A stretch of 64,000 bases of DNA. Origin: Convolutriloba macropyga (Eukaryota). The notes beneath the pieces are model-generated. The model saw only the letters and a list, made by a program, of their open reading frames with translations. It made no database searches and was not told where the DNA came from. Positions within the stretch are counted from its first letter, which is position 1; each line of letters opens with the position of its first letter. Location of the stretch: contig NC_134470.1 in the NCBI RefSeq assembly GCF_964194025.1, forward strand, positions 36,766,001 to 36,830,000. The letters run 5' to 3'. Positions 13,387-26,568 of this stretch are shown here, piece by piece. Both the position numbers and the translations under genes were made by a program.

Positions 13387-16300
13387 ACAAGGAGGCTCGT
13401 TAATGTGCGTTCGCACATGATGTTCCGACCCGAACTCATCTACACTTTTGACTTAATTGTCAAACAAATCAAGACATAACAAAAATAGATGTTTGAGTTT
13501 TAAAAAACGTTTAAAAACCTAACTACTTATTAAATTACATAATGACATGCCTCATTACAGCGCTGACGAGATCTTTCATTGAAAAAACTACGAAAAAACG
13601 AAGCAAAAACGAAAATTTCACGGCAAAAACTAAGTGTCTAAATTTGAACGCACCTAGTAACAACGCAAAATGCAATCGTAAAAAACCTTAACTGCACAAT
13701 TTACATTGTCCTTACTATACAGCAGATGGCAGTTTTCCTTAAGGAGACTAGGCAACAAAGTCGACAAAAGGAAATAATAGGGCAAAACTGGAACGTCAAT
13801 CAACTTTTTTTTAAAGCAAAAAAATTCCAAAGTCTTCAAAGTCATTGGCTTTTAACGATAAAACTCTTAATAAGTTTAGTAAACATTCATTATGAAACCA
13901 ATAGGACCAAACGTTGGTTAGATTAAGCAATAGGAACGGACTACAGAAGCAGAAAAACTCAAAAAATTAAACAATTTGCGAAAAAGCAAATTATTGAAGC
14001 CATTAAAATCATTAGCTAATATCTTAATACTATGTATTCTTCCTTCCATTTTCAATCATACTAATGAATGTTAAATTATACTGAATGATTAAATACGTGC
14101 ATTTGAGCCACAGTTGAAAATCATTGGGTCGCATTTTGTCCACAAACAAAACATCAGTTACGACAAGATATAACTGGACATTTATACAAAAAAATGAATT
14201 AGGCCTCTCAATGATGAGAATAAGCTACAAGTTGACGAAAAAAAAACAACAAAAAATGAAAAGTTTAAAAACTCATTGAAAATGTATAATATCATAAAGT
14301 CTGAGACTGTTCGCTATAAAATGACTGGCTAAGCTAACATCAATTTTTGAATACTCAATTACAAGTGTTTGAGACGAGTCAGCACTTTACGCCTACCTAA
14401 AGATTAAAAAAGTAGGCAAAAACCGCTAATTCAAAAAAAATTGAACGAGAAAAGTGTCAAAGCCATTAATAAATAACTTTTCGGTAAAAATTTTTCTATC
14501 ATCCAATAATTTTTCAACAACATGAGATTCGTTTTTCCAGTATGACCTCAAAATATCAATAAATATGAACAAATACAATAAAACTGCGAAATTTCTGAGA
14601 AAACCGGTAGTATCAACGCCATTAAACTCAATTGCTTTTAGCGAAAGGCAATAAGAGCGCTCGATGGGAGCATAAGATTTATGCCTCGGTGTGATGAAAA
14701 GAATGTTTGTCATTGACAAGTCATCGATACGATAAGACATTACAATAAGTCATTGACTAAGAAAACAACAACAAATACAGGGAAAAACCAAAAATTCAGT
14801 AGAAAAGTGCGAGAAGAAAGTGTCGAGGCCAATTAAACAAAGAACTTTTCTTAGAAAAACTTTATCTATGATGCATTGAACATCTTTTCTCAGCCAATTG
14901 GAACTAACACTAATACGATAATGTGATGAGATTTCAGAAGAACCAAAAACAAATCCAAAAAATTTCCAAAAGTCCAAAAAATTTATGAAAACTCGCGCAT
15001 CAATTTTATCAAACCAATAGTTAGAAAAGAATGCCGCAAATTAGATTGTTTTTGTTGAAATAGGCAAAAACGAGTTCCGGTAATTACCGAGGCGTTCGTA
15101 CAGTTCACGAAGATAAGTTTACGATTGGTTATTGTTCGAAAAGTTTTTCGAATTTTTTTTTGAAGTCTTAACTGCCATTAAATTCAATAGCTTTAAAAAG
15201 AAGTCAGCGAATACGCTCAGTCATAAATCGATAGAAGAACAAAGATGTTTGTCATGCCTCGGTAATCAATAAGATTTCACAATAAGTCTTATGACTACGG
15301 AACAAAAACAAACTCAGAAACCAATAACCCATTAGAAAAGTGCGAGAAAAGAGTGTCGCAGCCGTTTGAACCATATCATTTTAGCTGAAAATTTTATTTA
15401 TGCTCCATATAAAATCTTTTTAAAACCAATTATAGCTGTCAATATTAGGAAAATGTGATAAGATTTCAACAGGAACCAAAAATACAAAATATCCAAAAGT
15501 TTATAATTGTGTTTGAAGTCTTGTGGCATCAAAGCCATAAAACCAGGAGTTAGAAAAAACAGTAACCAAAACTATTTAGATTGCTTTAGAAAAAAAGAAA
15601 GGGGTTCTGGTCATTACTGAGAATTTCTTACAAATCATGAAAATAAGTTTAAAATTGATTAATGTTCAAAAAATTCTTTTGAAAAATTATTTTTAAATTC
15701 TTAACAGACACTAATTTTATTAGCTTTCAACAGAAAGCAATAAATGCGCTCAGTCATTACTCGATAGAAGAACAAAGATGTTTGTCATGCATGGGTAATC
15801 AATAAGATATCACAATAAGTCTTATGACTATGTAAACAACAAATACGGGCAAAAACCAAAAAAATCAGTAGAAAAGTGCGTGCAGAAAGTGTCGAAGTCA
15901 TCTAAACCATAAGCTTTTCTCTGAAAACTTTATCTATGATCTTTTGAACGTTGTCTTTAAACCAATGGTAGCCATTCAAATTAAAATAATGTGACAAAAT
16001 TTCAAAAGGATTCAAAATAGTAAAATATCCAAAAATTTTAAAATTGTTTTTGAAATCTTGTGGCATCGAAGTCATAAAACCAATAGTTAGAAAATAAAAC
16101 CGCTGAGCTGATTAAGTTTGTTTGCAGTAGAAAGGAGGGGATCTTGTCAGTACTGAGACCGACTTACAGTTTTCAAAAATAAGTTTAAGATCGGTTAATG
16201 TTTAAAAAAACTTTCGAAAAATTACATATAAAGTCTTAACAGTCATTAGCTGTCCAATCAAAGCACTTAATAGCTTCACTAGTGCTCTTTACGAAACCAA

Positions 16301-16977
16301 TTGCACTATTAGTCAACGATTCTATGCCATAGGGCTCAAAAATTCAGTAAAATCTCAAAAAGAATATCAAAATTTTATTACAAAAGCTCAGAGTCGAAGC
16401 CATAAAAAACATGTGCGATTCCTTGAAAACGTATTTTTTGTCCTCTAGGCGTCATTTTACTGTAAATCAGGTTTATCATTAACCAAACATCGATATGAAA
16501 AGTGACCAGTCAGTAGGTGACCTAAAAAATATGAAGTTTTCTAAAAAAAAAAATAACTGCTCTCAAACAGAATTCGAATTTTTTTCTATAGTAAACTTCC
16601 CTATGAGACTAGAACTAGTCTTTTTATCACCTTCTGTGTATTACAAATACGACATTCATTCCTTTTGTGGCGTGAAATGTAATTTTGAATAAAAAATTTT
16701 TAAAGAAAAGATCATTATTTGAAAAATTACACTAAAAGTGAACGAAATAATACCAAATATGACGTGTTCACACAGAACTTCAATCCTCGATAACTCCTCG
16801 AAAAATTCGAAATTCAAAAAATCTTTTTAATTTCAAATTCTAGGCTGGACGAGCTTTTTAATGATGCCACTCACATTTCTCTACGATGAATATATCGATC
16901 GGCCAAAATTGACTGAACAAAAAAAATCCATTTGAGTATATAGTTCCTTCCCCCACAAGTGGGGTCGGAACAATAAA
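13387..16977 (-). mobile_element. Non-autonomous Helentron/DINE-1-like (HINE-type) element, copy 2
   Basis: Reverse complement of 71-3822. subTIRs at 16962-16972 and 13421-13431. Perfect hairpin atgtgcg-tt-cgcacat at 13403-13418. The 5' end reads tttattgttccgaccccacttgtgggggaaggaac on the minus strand (subTIR plus partial inverted repeat, as in DINE-1). Confidence 0.7.
14620..16250 (-). repeat. Central tandem array of HINE copy 2, 3 x ~540-550 bp
   Basis: agaaaagtgcg recurs at ~14801, ~15334 and ~15870. acaataagtc recurs at ~14742, ~15279 and ~15813. Confidence 0.85.
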
Positions 16978-19242
16978 CAAAACTATGACTTTCAAGATTA
17001 TCAGTCACACACTTATATAAGATTATTTAGATCTTTTTTCGTTCTCCAATTTCATCAAAGTGCTTTTTTGTAGTGAAGAGACTCTCAACTGATGACAACA
17101 CAAAACTGTTGTTGACTGAATCAGTCACTAATATTAATTTTAAAACAAATGAATGCTTGCAAACGAGTTCGAATTTTTTACAAGCCCCTCGTTTACTTCT
17201 CTTCTTTAGTAATTCATCCCGCTTTTGTAAATAATACTACCTTTCATTGTATATTTTAACAAGAATTCTTCATGTTTTCATGACAATCAAATTGAATCAT
17301 GCATGTAAATAATTACAATTTCAAAATGTCCGGTATAATCTTCGAAAGAGAATATGAAACAGATCTTTTGCAAAAACGGAGTCGCAAATTGTGTTGACTG
17401 AATTATTATACTGCTTAGCTCACTATGATTGAAAACTGTACCTTGAAGGAGCAAGTTTGCCAAATTGCAATTTTCATGACCAATATATTTATTTTTACAT
17501 TCAACCTGTTCAATCATCGTATAACTCGTGTAAAATTATTCAATAATTGACAAGAAAAAGACTAGTAAGGGATTTGCAAAAACTGAACTATAGTAACCGA
17601 TATTTCATGGTTTACCTTGACTTGTTAGATGAAATTTGGCATGCAATCACCCGCATTTGGTGTAATCGCGCTGTGAGCGCAGCGAACTACCGGTTCAAAA
17701 ACTCAGCTGATTAGGCATTGTATTTTTTACTCCATTTTAAATTTTATTACAGAACGATTTTTGATTGAGATTAAATTAAGATGATACTGAGCCGTTTTTA
17801 AGCTTGTGTTCGTTAGGTGCGTGTGACATGTTTTTATTAAAAACTAAACCAAAATTTAAATATAATCGAAACAGCAGATGGTAACATTTGGGTTTGCCAT
17901 TTTGTTAATTATGAAAAATCATTTCACATCAAGCATCTTTCAGATTCAGAAAAAAAAACAAGATTGGCCAAGACTTCTGCTTGTTTGACAACTAAGACTG
18001 TTCTAATTGCTTTATACTTTTAAAAACAAAATCGCGGGCCAGTTTGATCTCAATTATATTAAATTGCTTACGATTTTACATTTGAGCATTTAACCATCAG
18101 CATCAAGGGTCGGGGTTCTAATTTTGCGTATTCGTCTGAGAACAAATTTTCTATTTCTAATATTCTCCAGTAACTTTTTAAAAAAATCAGATTGTTTTTC
18201 TCCAAATTAATTCGAAGTTTTCTTAAATCCACAAGACCTGACTTTTGAACAGAATATTTTTAGACCAATTCGGATTCAACATTAGAAAGACAAGATTATT
18301 GTTGGAAACCACGCATAAGTCTAAAGCGATGAGAAGCATAATTCGGCCCAAACATTTTTTACTAAGCTGTTTTAAATTAAAATCATTTTAAATTACTGTG
18401 TTAATGCTTTTTGACCTTAGAGTTGCATTCCAAGGCAATATCTACTGAATTTTGCGGTTCAAATTGGGGTTTGAAACGGGAAAATCCAAGCTATTAATTA
18501 CATAGGAGGAACGAAGTCAAACATTGGATGACTTACGAAGATGAAATTAAAGACTTGTTGAATGAAATTAAGCAATAAAGGAATAGATTGGGGGATTGAG
18601 GCTCAAAATAGGCGAACAGATACAAACATATAATAACGTGGTTCCTTCACGTTCTGCTGCAGAGGAAATAGCGAAGAAGGTGACATTTGATGATAAGAAC
18701 AGGATCAAATTTTGCTGCAATTGTTGTCACGTGAATTCTTAAGACGAAAAAAATGGCCAGAGTTACAAAAGTACATCACTAATGCTTTCGGAATAACAAC
18801 ATATCCTGAAAAGTACTCTGTACAGAGTTTCGTACACCTGAAATTTTTTTGTCCATAAAACTGAAGCTTAGAGACAAAACGCACAAGAATATAGCAAAAA
18901 AGGAAAAAAATCAAAATGTTTGATTTAAGAAAGACAAAAAAATCAAAAATTAGTTTAAATGTTTCTTAGACTAATTCATATTCACTATTTAATATATATA
19001 GTTAATCATGGAAAACAATTAAACAGTCCGAAAAGATCTAAGTGTTGGATCCATATAACTTTTTGGATCTCATCTTGGACTCACATTTTTGCTGTCTACT
19101 CATTTGACTAGGAAGGTTATCAGTAAGCATCATTTTTGAAGGCAGCCGAATGAAATATCAAATTATTCATTGCTAAAACTCTTTTTTGACTTTTATTGAT
19201 TACGACAATACTTATTGATTTTTGAGATAAATTGTGCTGAAG

Positions 19243-22200
19243 ATATTTAATGCAAAATTGGAATCTTCTGCACATATACGTTTTATCGGTTGAGATCCTT
19301 TCTATAGACTGAAAAAAGGACTTGACCACTTCAATTAATTGTTAAACAAACAGTTTTGCTTAAAACTTAAAAAATGTCTGAGGACTGTTTATAGTTGGCA
19401 AATACATTTTATGAAAACAATTTTTATGGGTAAAAACAAAGTTAACAACCAATCAAAATACACAATTACTTAGGAGCTGATTAAAATAAAATTCGAAGCA
19501 CTCTAAAAAACTAATGGGGTTTGGTTATTTGATGTATTAATATGATACCGCTGTTGCTTTTAAATTTAATCAAAAAAAACAAAAGTGTACAGAATTTTGA
19601 CAGTGTACAGAATTGAAAGTGTACAGAATTGAAAGTGTACAGAATTGAAAAAACAGCACAAAAGCACAATTAAACTTAGACACTTACATCTACTGCTCCG
19701 GACGAAACCAAAAAACACTAACTTCTTGTGGAAACTAGGCAAAATCCTATTTAAACATTTTCAGATGGTACTTCAAAAATTACTCAAGTGTCCCTAGCAA
19801 TTGTCCATTCAAGAGTTTTGATTAATAAAGAGCATGTAAATTTACAGAAATTTGTTCATCTCAACACCCTTCGGTAAGATCTGACCAAAAATTTTTGACA
19901 AAAACTACGCGAGAAGACGTGGAGACCTCAAAGAAAATGAAATTCATTACTTTTTAAAGATAGTTTAGAAGTATAGGACTTCAAAAACTTCGGAGAAGAG
20001 GTTGACATAATCGTGCGGATGGAATTTAGCTTAAATGTTTTAACGCTCAACATAAACACTTTGACTTCTTGGCATCAGTTGTGTTTTGAAGTATAACCCG
20101 GAATTTTTTCGGTCGGTTTTCGCATGTTTACGAAGCATAATGTTCACGGTTGAAACTTTTCGCCTATTGGCTACAGAGACTGATTTCACCCTGTTGCTCG
20201 GGACATCTGGCATTCGTCGAGAATATTGGAGTTCGAGAAGTAAGCTAGACTTTTCAAGTGACTTGAGCAGAGTCAGGTAACCTTGTTTGAAACACGGGCA
20301 TTGTAAATTTGATTATCTGACACCTCGCACTGCGGATTTTAATTTTTTTTTCAACTAGAGCGTTCTTATGAGAAGTCACACAAAACAATTTTGGGGACGC
20401 TGCAGTTGCAAAAAAGCAAATGAAGAAGATTCAATTAATGAAAAATTGCTTTACAGTTGGTCGTGGTTATTAATATCAGTTCAGGTTGAATGAACAATGG
20501 AATCGCTCTCGCTAATTTCTAAGAACAATCTTTGAGGTATTTCTTGTTCTTGCTCTAATATTTTTCCTATCAGTGACCTGAGGCCTATGCTTTTAGACGA
20601 AATAATCCCGCTTATCGAGCGACACATTTTACGAACACTCTTCCCTCATATTGGGCACGATAAGGATTCAAAGCTCCGCTCGCGTCTCAAATGTGCCTAG
20701 AATCTCGCAATAAATATGTAAAAGAAACCTGATACCATTAACAGATGTTTAAAAGTTACTTTTTACTTACCTTTTATGAAGCTGGTTTGCAGTGGAGCAA
20801 TGGAGAACAATGTCCAAAAGCAAATTAATATTCTGACAACATAAGACATCGTGCAAATCAAAGTGATAACTAATTTTTGGTATTAATTTGAGAATAATTA
20901 ATGCAAAATTGGAATCTTCTGCACATATACGTTTTATCGGTTGAGATCCTTTCTATAGACTGAAAAAAGGACTTGACCACTTCAATTAATTGTTAAACAA
21001 ACAGTTTTGCTTAAAACTTAAAAAATGTCTGAGGACTGTTTATAGTTGGCAAATACATTTTATGAAAACAATTTTTATGGGTAAAAACAAAGTTAACAAC
21101 CAATCAAAATACACAATTACTTAGGAGCTGGTTAAAATAAAATTCGAAGCACTCTAAAAAACTAATGGGGTTTGATTATTTGATGTATTAATATGATTCC
21201 GCTGTTGCTTTTAAATTTAATCAAAATAAACGAAAGTGTACAGAATTTTGACAGTGTACAGAATTGAAAGTGTACAGAAATGAAAAAACAGCACAAAAGA
21301 ACAATTAAACTTAGACACTTACATCTACTGCTCCGGACGAAACCAAAAAACACTAACTTCTTGTGGAAACTAGGCAAAAACCTATTTAAACATTTTCAGA
21401 TGGTACTTCAAAAATTACTTGACGCTAAAAGTTACTCAAGTGTCCCTAGCAATTGTCCATTCAAGAGTTTTGATTAATAAAGGGCATGTAAATTTACAGA
21501 AATTTTTTCATCTCAACACCCTTCGGTAAGATCTGACCAAAAATTTTTGACAAAAACTACGCGAGAAGACGTGGAGACCTCAAAGAAAATGAAATTCATT
21601 ACTTTTTAAAGATAGTTTAGAAGTATAGGACTTCAAAAACTTCGGAGAAGAGGTTGACATAATCGTGCGGATGGAATTTAGCTTAAATGTTTTAACGCTC
21701 AACATAAACACTTTGACTTCTTGGCTTCAGTTGTGTTTTGAAGTATAACCCGGAAGTTTTTCGGTCGGTTTTCGCATAATGTTTACGAAGCATTATGTTC
21801 ACGGTTGAAACTTTTCGCCTATTGGCTACAGAGACTGATTTCACCCTGTTGCTCAGGACATCTGGCATTCGTCGAGAACATTGGAGTTCGAGAAGTAAGC
21901 TAGACTTTTCAAGTGACTTCAGCAGAGTCAGGTAACCTTGTTTGAAACACGGGCATTGTAATTTTGATTATCTGACACCTCGCACTGCGGATTTTAATTT
22001 TTTTTCAACTAGAGCGTTCTTATGAGAAGTCACACAAAACAATTTTGGGGACGCTGCAGTTGCAAAAAAGCAAATGAAGAAGATTCAATTAATGAAATAT
22101 TGCTTTACAGTTGGTCGTGGTTATTAATATCAGTTCAGGTTGAATGAACAATGGAATCGCTCTCGCTAATTTCTAAGAACAATCTTTGAGGTATTTCTTG

Positions 22201-24201
22201 TTCTTGCTCTAACATTTTTCCTATCAGTGACCTGAGGCCTATGCTTTTAGACGAAATAATCCCGCTTATCGAGCGACACATTTTACGAACACTCTTCCCT
22301 CATATTGGGCACGATAAGGATTCAAAGCTCCGCTCGCGTCTCAAATGTGCCTAGAATCTCGCAATAAATATGTAAAAGAAACCTGATACCATTAACAGAT
22401 GTTTAAAAGTTATTTTTACTTACCTTTTATGAAGCTGGTTTGCAGTGGAGCAATGGAGAACAATGTCCAAAAGCAAGTTAATATTCTGACAACATAAGAC
22501 ATCGTGCAAATCAAAGTGATAACTAATTTTTGGTATTAATTTGAGAATATTTAATGCAAAGTTGGAATCTTCTGCACATATACGTTTTATCGGTTGAGAT
22601 CCTTTCTATAGACTGAAAAAAGGACTTGACCACTTCAATTAATTGTTAAACAAACAGTTTTGCTTAAAACTTAAAAAATGTCTGAGGACTGTTTATAGTT
22701 GGCAAATACATTTTATGAAAACAATTTTTATGGGTAAAAACAAAGTTAACAACCAATCAAAATACACAATTACTTAGGAGCTGGTTAAAATAAAATTCGA
22801 AGCACTCTAAAAAACTAATGGGGTTTGATTATTTGATGTATTAATATGATTCCGCTGTTGCTTTTAAATTTAATCAAAATAAATGAAAGTGTACAGAATT
22901 TTGACAGTGTACAGAATTGAAAGTGTACAGAAATGAAAAAACAGCACAAAAGCACAATTAAACTTAGACACTGACATCTACTGCTCCGGACGAAACCAAA
23001 AAACACTAACTTCTTGTGGAAACTAGGCAAAAACCTATTTAAACATTTTCAGATGGTACTTCAAAAATTACTTGACGCTAAAAGTTACTCAAGTGTCCCT
23101 AGCAATTGTCCATTCAAGAGTTTTGATTAATAAAGGGCATGTAAATTTACAGAAATTTATTCATCTCAACACCCTTCGGTAAGATCTGACCAAAAATTTT
23201 TGACAAAAACTACGCGAGAAGACGTGGAGACCTCAAAGAAAATGAAATTCATTACTTTTTAAAGATAGTTTAGAAGTATAGGACTTCAAAAACTTCGGAG
23301 AAGAGGTCGACATAATCGTGCGGATGGAATTTAGCTTAAATGTTTTAACGCTCAACATAAACACTTTGACTTCTTGGCATCAGTTGTGTTTTGAAGTATA
23401 ACCCGGAAGTTTTTCGGTCGGTTTTCGCATAATGTTTACGAAGCATAATGTTCACGGTTGAAACTTTTCGCCTATTGGCTACAGAGACTGATTTCACCCT
23501 GTTGCTCGGGACATCTGGCATTCGTCGAGAACATTGGAGTTCGAGAAGTAAGCTAGAGTTTTCAAGTGACTTCAGCAAAGTCAGGTAACCTTGCTTGAAA
23601 CACGGTCATTGTAAATTTGATTATCTGACACCTCGCACTGCGGATTTTAGTTTTTTTCAACTAGCGCGTTCTTATGAGAAGTCACACAAAACAATTTTGG
23701 GGACGCTGCAGTCACAATAAAGCAAATGAAGAAGATTCAATTAATGAAATATTGCTTTACAGTTGGTCATGGTTATTAATATCAGTTCAGTTTGAATGAA
23801 CAATGGAATCACTCTCGCTAATTTCTAAGAACAATCTTTGAGGTATTTCTTATTCTTGCTCTAACAATTTTACTATCAGTGACATGAGGCCTATGTTTTT
23901 AGACGAAAAAATCCCGCTTATTGAGCGACACATTTTACAACCACTCTTCCCTCATATTGGGCACGATAAGGATTCAAAGCTCCGCTGGCGTCTCAAATGT
24001 GCCTAGAATCTCGCAAAAAATATGTAAAAGAAACCTGATACCATTAATAGATGTTTAAAAGTTATTTTTTACTTACCTTTTATGAAGCTGGTTTGCAGTG
24101 GAGCTATGGAGAACAATGTCCAAAAGCAAGTTAATATTCTGACAACATAAGACATCGTGCAAATCAAAGTGATAACTAATTTTTGGTATTAATTTGAGAA
24201 T
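19243..24201. repeat. Head-to-tail tandem triplication, 3 x ~1652 bp
   Basis: Near-identical units start at 19243, 20894 and 22547 (at[a/t]ttaatgcaaa[a/g]ttggaatcttctgcac) and end ...ggtattaatttgagaat. Each unit carries a 15-bp internal repeat (aagtgtacagaattg; 4, 3 and 3 copies). Confidence 0.95.
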
Positions 24202-26493
24202 CAATAGATTTTGTTTATTAATTTATACAAAACAGTCAGCAGTCGAGACTATCATGGTAACAGATGAACTGGATCTCAGGAAATAGCTCGTACAGTTTTG
24301 CAGTTTCAATTCCATTCAACCATTTTGTTTAAACGGTTGCGGAGATTCAAACAGCCTAGGAGCTTGAAAATGTAAACAAAAAAACATAAACAACTAACAT
24401 CAAAAGCAGTCCTTATAATTATTTGAACGAACGGTTATAAGTTTAATAGTCCAGTCACTCATAATTCAATGGGTTGATAAATATTTGGTAAATAAGCAAT
24501 CAAGTCTCAAAGGTAAGCAGTGAAATTCAAAGAGGGAATTATTCTGATTTATTGATCTAGTTTTAACCAGCAATTTTCTTTTATATCCAATAACAGTTTA
24601 CTGATCTTAACTTGGAGTTTCGTAGGGCCCTTGATAGGAAGTATACAGAAAATGTAACGTGGATATTGAAACATGATTTGACTACAGGTTAGGTTGCGTT
24701 ATATTGCGGATATGAAAAGTTGCTACCATTTTATAGGTTTAATTGTCCATTTTAAAAAGTAAACTCAGAAGGAATGAAAGTAAAAAAAGTGTTGCTTAAA
24801 AATACCAAAAAGGCTTTAAAGTGTGATTAAAATTTCATACGTTTAGAGGCTTAAGTCCTTCTTAAAACACAAAATCGCAAGAGCATTTTTCGCAATAATG
24901 AAGATAAAGTTATCGATTAGAAATTGATCGGCGAGAATTCAAATAAACGGAACAATGAATTGATAAATGTTTTATTGCAAAAATTTGAAACAATAGGTGC
25001 GGAAATTTTAAACTATTTTAACAATCCGATTTGGAAAAGTTTGATGATGGTGATAATGTATTTGTTATTACGATCTACAGTTACAATTTTTGCTTATTTA
25101 TTTTTTGTTAAGCGGGTGGGTACGGTCATTATAGCCGCCAACTTTTTTCAAAATTTGCATTTGGAGTATTGCTTTGTCCACATGGCAGGGGGATAAAGGA
25201 ACGCATGCATCTCATTGGCTCCAAAAAGTCCATGAAAAACATTCCCCTTCAAAGCACAGATACAAGGATATCCGAATTATTGTTTCCATTTTATCCATAC
25301 GTTATTTATTCTCTTCACAACGAAAGAAAAACGCGCAAAAGCCAAGAGCCGGAAAATAATGGAAAAATACTAAAATGTATTAGTTACTAGTTTTTGTTAT
25401 ACACTTTAGGCCGGGAAAGCTGTTGTTTATGTGAGAAAACCACGGTGTAATATATGCGCATACAAAATGCAATATACAGCAAAGAGCACTCTGAATTTTT
25501 TCATTTACAGAAGAAGTACCGGTGAATTCGACTACTTGTATTATCGAATTGGCAAAATTATTGCTGAAAAATAATAGTTGGGGGGACAAAAGTAGGGAAA
25601 ACACTAAATGCTGTCTGGCCTGGTAATGATTTTGGACTGCTGTGTACCAACTGTACCAAACAGCCTTCAAAACTGAGTTCTGTGTTCGGCACTTTATTTT
25701 GAATTTATCCTTCCTGTTCTTCTATGATGTGTTCAATGCTGCATAACCAGCGCAAAAATAATTCTATTTGAGTTTGTAATAAAAATAGGACAGTTTTAAC
25801 TAGATAAAAACAAATATAAATAGATAACAGCAAACAAAATGCCGTAGGGTTTTTGTTAAGAGGTTATTTTGTTGATTAAAAGAAGCTTCAAAGCCTTGAA
25901 TGAAAACAGTGCTTCCACTATCAAAGAGTTTTTCCAAGTGTTCTAAAATGATAGAAGCCAATGCAACTTTACTTCAACGTGTACATTTACGTCAGCCAAT
26001 TCAAAATTTCAATATATGTAATCCAGAATTAGCCCAAAAATTAACCAACCAACCGTGTAGTAAAGTTGAAAATATAGTGGGATTGAATACTGAATAAGGA
26101 TTGAATATTTTTATGGCATTACTAATCAGACTCACATTCTGATTTATTTACCATTCTCTAAAGCAATAAACAACCAGATTTTATTTGCTTGCCCAAAATA
26201 GAAGAATACCTCAATTAAAATGATGCGATTGCTTGGATAAAAAGAGTCCAAGAATTTAAAAGACAAGAGAATACCTTGTTGAGAAAATGCGATGAAATCG
26301 ACGGAAGAAGCGTCGTTTTCTGTCGATTTTAGTCGATTTTGTCGGATTTTTTTTGTAGGAACTGTCGATTAACGTCGTTTTGTCGGTATTGTCGGTATAT
26401 GATGTAAGAAGTGTCAATTATCGTCATTTTTGTCGGTATCGTCAGTCTCAATTTGATTTTTGTTTACAAAAAAGAAGTGCAGGCAAACTAATT

Positions 26494-26568
26494 GAGAGGT
26501 GGAGCAGTGGGGTAGAAGATGGCTATTAATATTAGGACTGTAGGTTCGAATCCTGACAAGGACTCTCC
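26494..26568 (+). pseudogene. tRNA-derived/SINE-head-like sequence (degenerate)
   Basis: A-box-like tggagcagtgg (26500-26510), perfect B box ggttcgaatcc (26543-26553), short terminal pairing gagag/ctctc. No convincing anticodon arm. Confidence 0.5.

Larger units (their letters stand above)
8020..17620 (-). pseudogene. Probable decayed multi-VWA-domain (matrilin/collagen VI-like) gene, several exon remnants
   Basis: Minus-strand fragments follow VWA motif order: ISVTIVQF/ANPLLVFFLSIIDNFTRVIR (~17600-17520); YIGHENCNLANLL..LQKICFIFSFED (~17490-17335); AALLKEYGVQLLTI (13364-13205); CSRMKRSTYDFIF..LDT (~11375-11310); KLKHA/VSNILRG*GPYVDTSWSVSRISSMVLG..FYYNEIYS (~11015-10865); LEYL..TSKEILLLFPGRISG (~8580-8465); MEKYVIHFYLL (~8170-8020). 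Stops and frameshifts are present. Motif recognition is by eye only. Confidence 0.45.

Noticed and set aside
71-16977. Single 17 kb composite element with 3.7 kb TIRs
   Set aside because: Each arm has its own subTIR pair and 3' hairpin, no TSD is evident, and the putative VWA gene continues across the right arm, implying independent insertions.
26494-26568. Functional tRNA gene (also 34811-34875)
   Set aside because: A/B boxes are present but no complete cloverleaf or anticodon arm can be drawn.
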